In this document: positions 8,936-10,860 of the stretch, piece by piece
Layout: every line of letters starts with the position of its first letter
How positions within the stretch are numbered: position 1 is the first letter of the stretch
Origin: Campylobacterota bacterium
GTDB taxonomy: Bacteria; Campylobacterota; Campylobacteria; Campylobacterales; Sulfurimonadaceae
NCBI GenBank assembly: GCA_034717975.1
Contig: JAYEMF010000065.1
Coordinates: 4,996-15,855 of the forward strand
Length of the DNA: 10,860 bases
Direction of reading: 5' to 3'
Program-made: the position numbers and the translations under genes
The notes under the pieces: model-generated
Told to the model about the DNA's origin: nothing
Database searches by the model: none
What the model saw: only the letters and a program-made list of their open reading frames with translations

Positions 8936-9268
8936 ATGAAAACGCTAAAAGATCAAAATGACAGACGCTTATTTTTGAAAAAAGCAGCATATGTTATTCC
9001 GACGGTGGTAGGCTTAGGATATTTGACTCAACCTACAGCATCAAATGCTATGGGTAGGAGAGGTGGTGGCGGTGGACATGCCACGTACGTTGCAAGTAAT
9101 GAGGCAACCGGATCATCTTTTAAACGCAATTGTAACAACGGTTGGGGAAATGGTGACGACTGCGCACCTGGAAACTCTCTGTTTAACAATAATGCGGAAA
9201 ACAACAATCCGTTTGATGGAAATCCGCACAATAAACACTTCCCGGATTTGCCAGGAGATATCTACTAA
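8936..9268 (+). CDS. Small Gly/Asn-rich protein with twin-arginine (Tat-like) N-terminus and lasso/RRE-like leader motif; candidate modified-peptide precursor
   Basis: Strong SD AAGGAGG at 8924-8930 before ATG. DRRLFLKK twin-Arg motif, YVIPTVVGLGYLTQPT, ASNA possible peptidase site, G5 linker and CNNGWGNGDDCAPGNS..NNNAEN segment. Confidence refers to the ORF being real; its function is inferred. Confidence 0.75.
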   Translation: MKTLKDQNDRRLFLKKAAYVIPTVVGLGYLTQPTASNAMGRRGGGGGHATYVASNEATGSSFKRNCNNGWGNGDDCAPGNSLFNNNAENNNPFDGNPHNKHFPDLPGDIY

Positions 9269-9298
9269 TACCTGGCAAGTAAAGGGATCTACTAATTG

Positions 9299-9326
9299 CA
9301 AGAATACTTCCTTGGAAGCGTTCTTG
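9299..9326 (+). terminator. Imperfect hairpin just downstream of the peptide gene (possible terminator or 3' stabiliser)
   Basis: CAAGAA-TA-CTTCC-TT-GGAAG-CG-TTCTTG begins 31 nt after the stop codon. No strong U-tract. Confidence 0.35.
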
Positions 9327-9388
9327 TACCATTCAAAAAATATTTAATGGTATCTGTACTATGCTCATTCAAGTAGTAAGTATAACAT

Positions 9389-9664
9389 CTAGTACCAGAC
9401 CACACCTGTTTTGACGGTCCCTGTGATTTAAAAAATAGTCAGTTGTTGTGCTTTGGCAGTGCAGGAGCAGTCATTCTGCTTCAAACTGTCAAAGTGCGGC
9501 AAATGGCTGTTTTTTAAACCACCCAAAGGGAAAGCGTATAGCACACGGATTGACGGCGCCAGCGCATTGCAAACGTACATAAAGTACGCCTGCAACACCC
9601 TGACTTGCACTCCATGCACTCTACGCTTTCAGGGACCGTCAAAACAGGTGTGGTCTGGTACTAG
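9389..9664. mobile_element. MITE (non-autonomous miniature inverted-repeat element), 276 bp including CTAG ends
   Basis: Perfect 35-bp inverted repeat CTAGTACCAGACCACACCTGTTTTGACGGTCCCTG (9389-9423) / CAGGGACCGTCAAAACAGGTGTGGTCTGGTACTAG (9630-9664). CTAG at both ends is consistent with a CTAG or TA target duplication. No transposase inside; interior is highly structured and more GC-rich than the flanks. Confidence 0.85.
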
Positions 9665-9852
9665 TTAAGCGGCTAAATAAGATTTCATAATTGTAGTGAA
9701 GAATGCCTCTACAGGTTTTTAAAAAAAAAGCCCCAAATAGTTCCTATACTAGCTATATCTGCACTATCTAAAAAATCCAATTTAAACATTTTTAACTATA
9801 TTTTATTGTAAATTATGATATATTAACTATATAACTAACTTTCGCTCATGCC

Positions 9853-9879
9853 GTCACCCCGGACTTGATCCGGGGTCCA
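9853..9879. repeat. Single REP-like hairpin (GTCA-headed)
   Basis: GTC-ACCCCGGA-CTTGA-TCCGGGGT-CCA: a GC-rich 8-bp stem isolated in AT-rich intergenic DNA, with the same GTCA head and architecture as the units at 2281-2348. Confidence 0.65.
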
Positions 9880-9969
9880 GTGCTTTTTCATATGTGAAAG
9901 TTGAGTATATAAATTAAAATTAGAGATTTAGATTGATTACATCTAATCAAATGTTGGTAAGGTTAAGAA

Positions 9970-10842
9970 GTGGTAGCTTATGATCATGAGTTGATTATTG
10001 ACAGGTTTGCCTCAGAGAAAAAAGGGGTTTCCAAAAAAAAGCCTCTTTTTATTACAGAAAGTAAAACTTTTTCGGCAGATGATTACCCCTTCAAAGAAAA
10101 GTTTCACAATAATCAAAACAGAATACTCCGCTTATATAGTGACAACGACATAAGATATGCTGTCAAAGATCAAAGATGGGTATTTACCATAGAAGATGTT
10201 GTTAGTTTTTCTTGGCTTCAGGAAAGTAATGAGATTTTTTATCAACTTTTACCATCGGCTACAGAAGAGCTGTTACGCTACTGGCTGCTTCATATCGTAC
10301 TGCCTCTCTATCTGACCACAGAAAACCTATACTATTTTCTACATGCCGGTGCGGTGCAGGTTGATAAAAAATCGGTCCTCTTTATGGCCGACTCTTTTGG
10401 TGGAAAATCAACGCTGACCGATTTTTTTCTGAAAAAGGGACATACGCTTATCTCTGATGACAAAGTTGCTACTTTTGAAGAAAACGACACCTTTATGGCA
10501 GTGCCTTCCTACTCCTACCACCGCCCTTATCGCGCTACAGAAGATCTTGGTATAAAAGTAGATAACTTTGCCACCGAGCCAAGACCGATCAAAGCGATCT
10601 ATCTGCTTATTTCGGTGGATGAGGATGTAGAGACCACCATTTCTCCTGCAAAAGGCATCGAAAAATTTTCCAGTCTACGTTTTGCGACAGAAGTCGGTCT
10701 GCCTCTCTTTATGCAAGAGCGCTTTGCCTATCTGACAAAACTTGCCAATAACACTGCTATCTTTAATGTTACAATTCCCTGGGACCTTGATCGTCTCAGC
10801 GAGGTCTATGACGCTATAGTGGCACATACTAAAACACTTTAA
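9970..10842 (+). CDS. HPr kinase-related P-loop kinase (lasso-peptide-kinase / HprK-related family)
   Basis: 290 aa with GTG start. FLHAGAV motif, Walker A variant ADSFGGKST and LISDD di-aspartate motif of the HprK C-terminal fold. The N-terminus does not resemble that of canonical HprK/P. Confidence 0.75.
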   Translation: MVAYDHELIIDRFASEKKGVSKKKPLFITESKTFSADDYPFKEKFHNNQNRILRLYSDNDIRYAVKDQRWVFTIEDVVSFSWLQESNEIFYQLLPSATEELLRYWLLHIVLPLYLTTENLYYFLHAGAVQVDKKSVLFMADSFGGKSTLTDFFLKKGHTLISDDKVATFEENDTFMAVPSYSYHRPYRATEDLGIKVDNFATEPRPIKAIYLLISVDEDVETTISPAKGIEKFSSLRFATEVGLPLFMQERFAYLTKLANNTAIFNVTIPWDLDRLSEVYDAIVAHTKTL

Positions 10843-10851
10843 GGACATTCA

Positions 10852-10860
10852 ATGACTTTA
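10852..10860 (+). CDS. Probable start of next gene (M-T-L...), truncated by the window edge
   Basis: AAGGA SD at 10841-10845 overlaps the kinase stop codon, followed by ATG at 10852. Product cannot be determined from 3 codons. Confidence 0.5.

Noticed and set aside
9041..9268. Canonical lasso peptide core after T34-A35
   Set aside because: The predicted core (SNAMGRRGGG...) has no Asp/Glu at positions 7-9 for macrolactam formation and is 75 aa long, far longer than lasso cores. Only the leader resembles lasso precursors.
9248..9296. TTGCCAGG/CCTGGCAA inverted repeat across the peptide stop codon and a duplicated ATCTACTAAT 10-mer (9260, 9287)
   Set aside because: Real but short. It could be a small local duplication or weak hairpin, and there is not enough evidence to assign a function.
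9028..9347. Overlapping ORFs 9028..9231 (-), 9045..9347 (+), 9113..9301 (-)
   Set aside because: The 8936..9268 frame has the strong SD and coherent signal/leader motifs; the others lack both.
9389..9664. CRISPR array
   Set aside because: The 35-bp repeats are inverted, occur only twice and have no cas genes nearby.
9428..9668. ORFs 9428..9619 (-) and 9453..9668 (+) as transposase or toxin genes
   Set aside because: Short, with no SD or recognisable motifs, and lying almost entirely within the structured MITE. Likely incidental.
9380..9670. Integron attC site (GTATAAC ... GTTAAGC flanking a palindrome)
   Set aside because: The right end fits GTTRRRY but the left does not fit RYYYAAC. The length (about 290 bp) exceeds attC sizes, and the perfect TIRs with CTAG ends are better explained by a MITE.
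10033..10040. A8 tract early in the kinase gene (and A9 at 9721-9729) as phase-variation sites
   Set aside because: Short poly-A runs are common in AT-rich DNA, the frame is intact, and no poly-G/C contingency tract is present.
9970..10842. Canonical HPr kinase/phosphorylase (hprK) of carbon catabolite control
   Set aside because: It lacks the typical HprK N-terminal domain and downstream signature, has a variant P-loop, and has no PTS genes in context.

Overview
Bacterial chromosomal window. Gene content and style suggest a free-living Campylobacterota such as a Sulfurimonas/Sulfurovum-like organism, but this is inference only. The left half (minus strand) holds a CsgG/HfaB-like lipoprotein, an LPP20-like lipoprotein, a REP-like palindrome, bioA and an agmatinase. 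The right half is the start of a Wzy-type surface-polysaccharide locus: wza and wzc on +, and a convergent CpsB/CapC PHP-family tyrosine phosphatase on -. An accessory module follows: a 110-aa Gly/Asn-rich peptide, a 276-bp MITE with perfect 35-bp terminal inverted repeats, a single REP-like hairpin, an HPr-kinase-like P-loop kinase, and the first three codons of a further gene. The most interesting observation is the peptide's N-terminus. It carries a twin-arginine (Tat-like) motif overlapping a near-exact lasso/RRE-type leader motif (YxxPxVxxxGxxxxxT), but the core is long and not lasso-like. With the adjacent kinase and the EPS export genes, this suggests a possibly undescribed RiPP-like peptide-modification system tied to polysaccharide export. 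The decisive partner genes would lie beyond the right edge of the window.
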